64,000 bases of DNA, from the NCBI RefSeq assembly GCF_018350175.1, contig NC_058383.1, positions 9,736,001-9,800,000 of the forward strand. Direction: 5' to 3'. The DNA comes from Felis catus (lineage: Eukaryota). Below, one piece after another: positions 63,371 to 64,000 of the stretch. Position 1 is the first letter of the stretch; every line of letters begins with the position of its first letter. The notes beneath the pieces were generated by a model, which was not told where the DNA came from, did no database searches, and saw nothing but the letters and a program-made list of their open reading frames with translations. Position numbers and translations under genes: made by a program.

Positions 63371-63689
63371 GCCACTTTGAGTTTTCTAGAGGGGAGCACA
63401 GATCTTGGCACAGATCCCTCCATGGCTAAATGTTGGTGGCTTTCTTGCTCCTGAGCAAGCACTGATTGGGAATCGAGAGCCCTCTATCTTTTCCATTCCC
63501 CATCCATCCTTAGTTTCCTAGGGCATGCCATAAAAACCAAGAGGACTGGTATTGGAAGAAGTCCCTCCAGCTTCTGAGTCCTAGTCTGTGACCCTGCAGG
63601 GTTCCGACCGGTACCCTTAGAAAGGTGTCCCTGCTTTTCAGCTGTGGGAAACATGGGCCAGTAACAGTTAACGTTTATCTCCAATGCTT

Positions 63690-63835
63690 GCAGTGACTCT
63701 CAGAGTGTGATCCCTGGACCAGCCGCAGGAACAACTCCTGAGAACTTGTTAAAAACGCAAAACCCCCAGGTCCCACCCTAGACCTACTGAATCCGAATAT
63801 CTGGGGGTGGGCCCAGCCCATCTGTGTTTTTCAGC
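63690..63835. mobile_element. MER5A-like fragment
   Basis: gtgtgatccctggaccagc...gaacttgtta...cccaccctagacctactgaatc...ggggtgggcccagc. Confidence 0.7.
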
Positions 63836-63910
63836 CCCCCAGCCCCAGGTCTGCACTGTCCAATATGGTAACCACTAACCACGAGCGCCTGTTTAAATCG
63901 ACTCTAATTA

Positions 63911-64000
63911 GGGGTGCCTGGGTGGCTCAGTCGGTTAAGCGTCGACTTCGGCTCAGGTCATGATCTCGCGGTTCGTGAGTTCGAGCCCCGCGTCGGGCTC
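63911..64000 (+). mobile_element. CanSINE 5' part (window edge)
   Basis: ggggtgcctgggtggctcagtcggttaagcg head. Confidence 0.9.

Noticed and set aside
1..64000. Recurring MAQSV.../GHDL... ORFs and repeated ~220-bp units resembling a gene family or CRISPR array
   Set aside because: Dispersed SINE copies in both orientations; no regular repeat-spacer array and no prokaryotic features.

Overview
Eukaryotic DNA from a cat-family (felid) genome, judged from about 40 tRNA-derived CanSINE/SINEC_Fc copies. The window lies within HIP1 (huntingtin-interacting protein 1) on the + strand. It holds a CpG-island promoter with a short alternative first coding exon (MDVSKM, 13928-13945), a 33.4 kb intron, and coding exons 2-7 (47356-61239) encoding the N-terminal ANTH domain. 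The canonical first exon (MDRMASS...) is not seen and is probably upstream; exon 8 onward lies beyond the window. Intron 2 is a minor-spliceosome (U12) AT-AC intron. Inside it is a segment resembling a decayed second copy of exon 2, with a U2 acceptor and U12-like donors, which is a candidate poison exon. The rest is intronic repeat: SINEs, old L1/L2/MIR, MLT LTRs, Tigger1/MER DNA elements and microsatellites, including a 502-nt pure-purine tract. Almost all ORFs in the supplied track are spurious. Protein and repeat-family assignments come from recalled sequences, not database searches, and most repeat boundaries are approximate.
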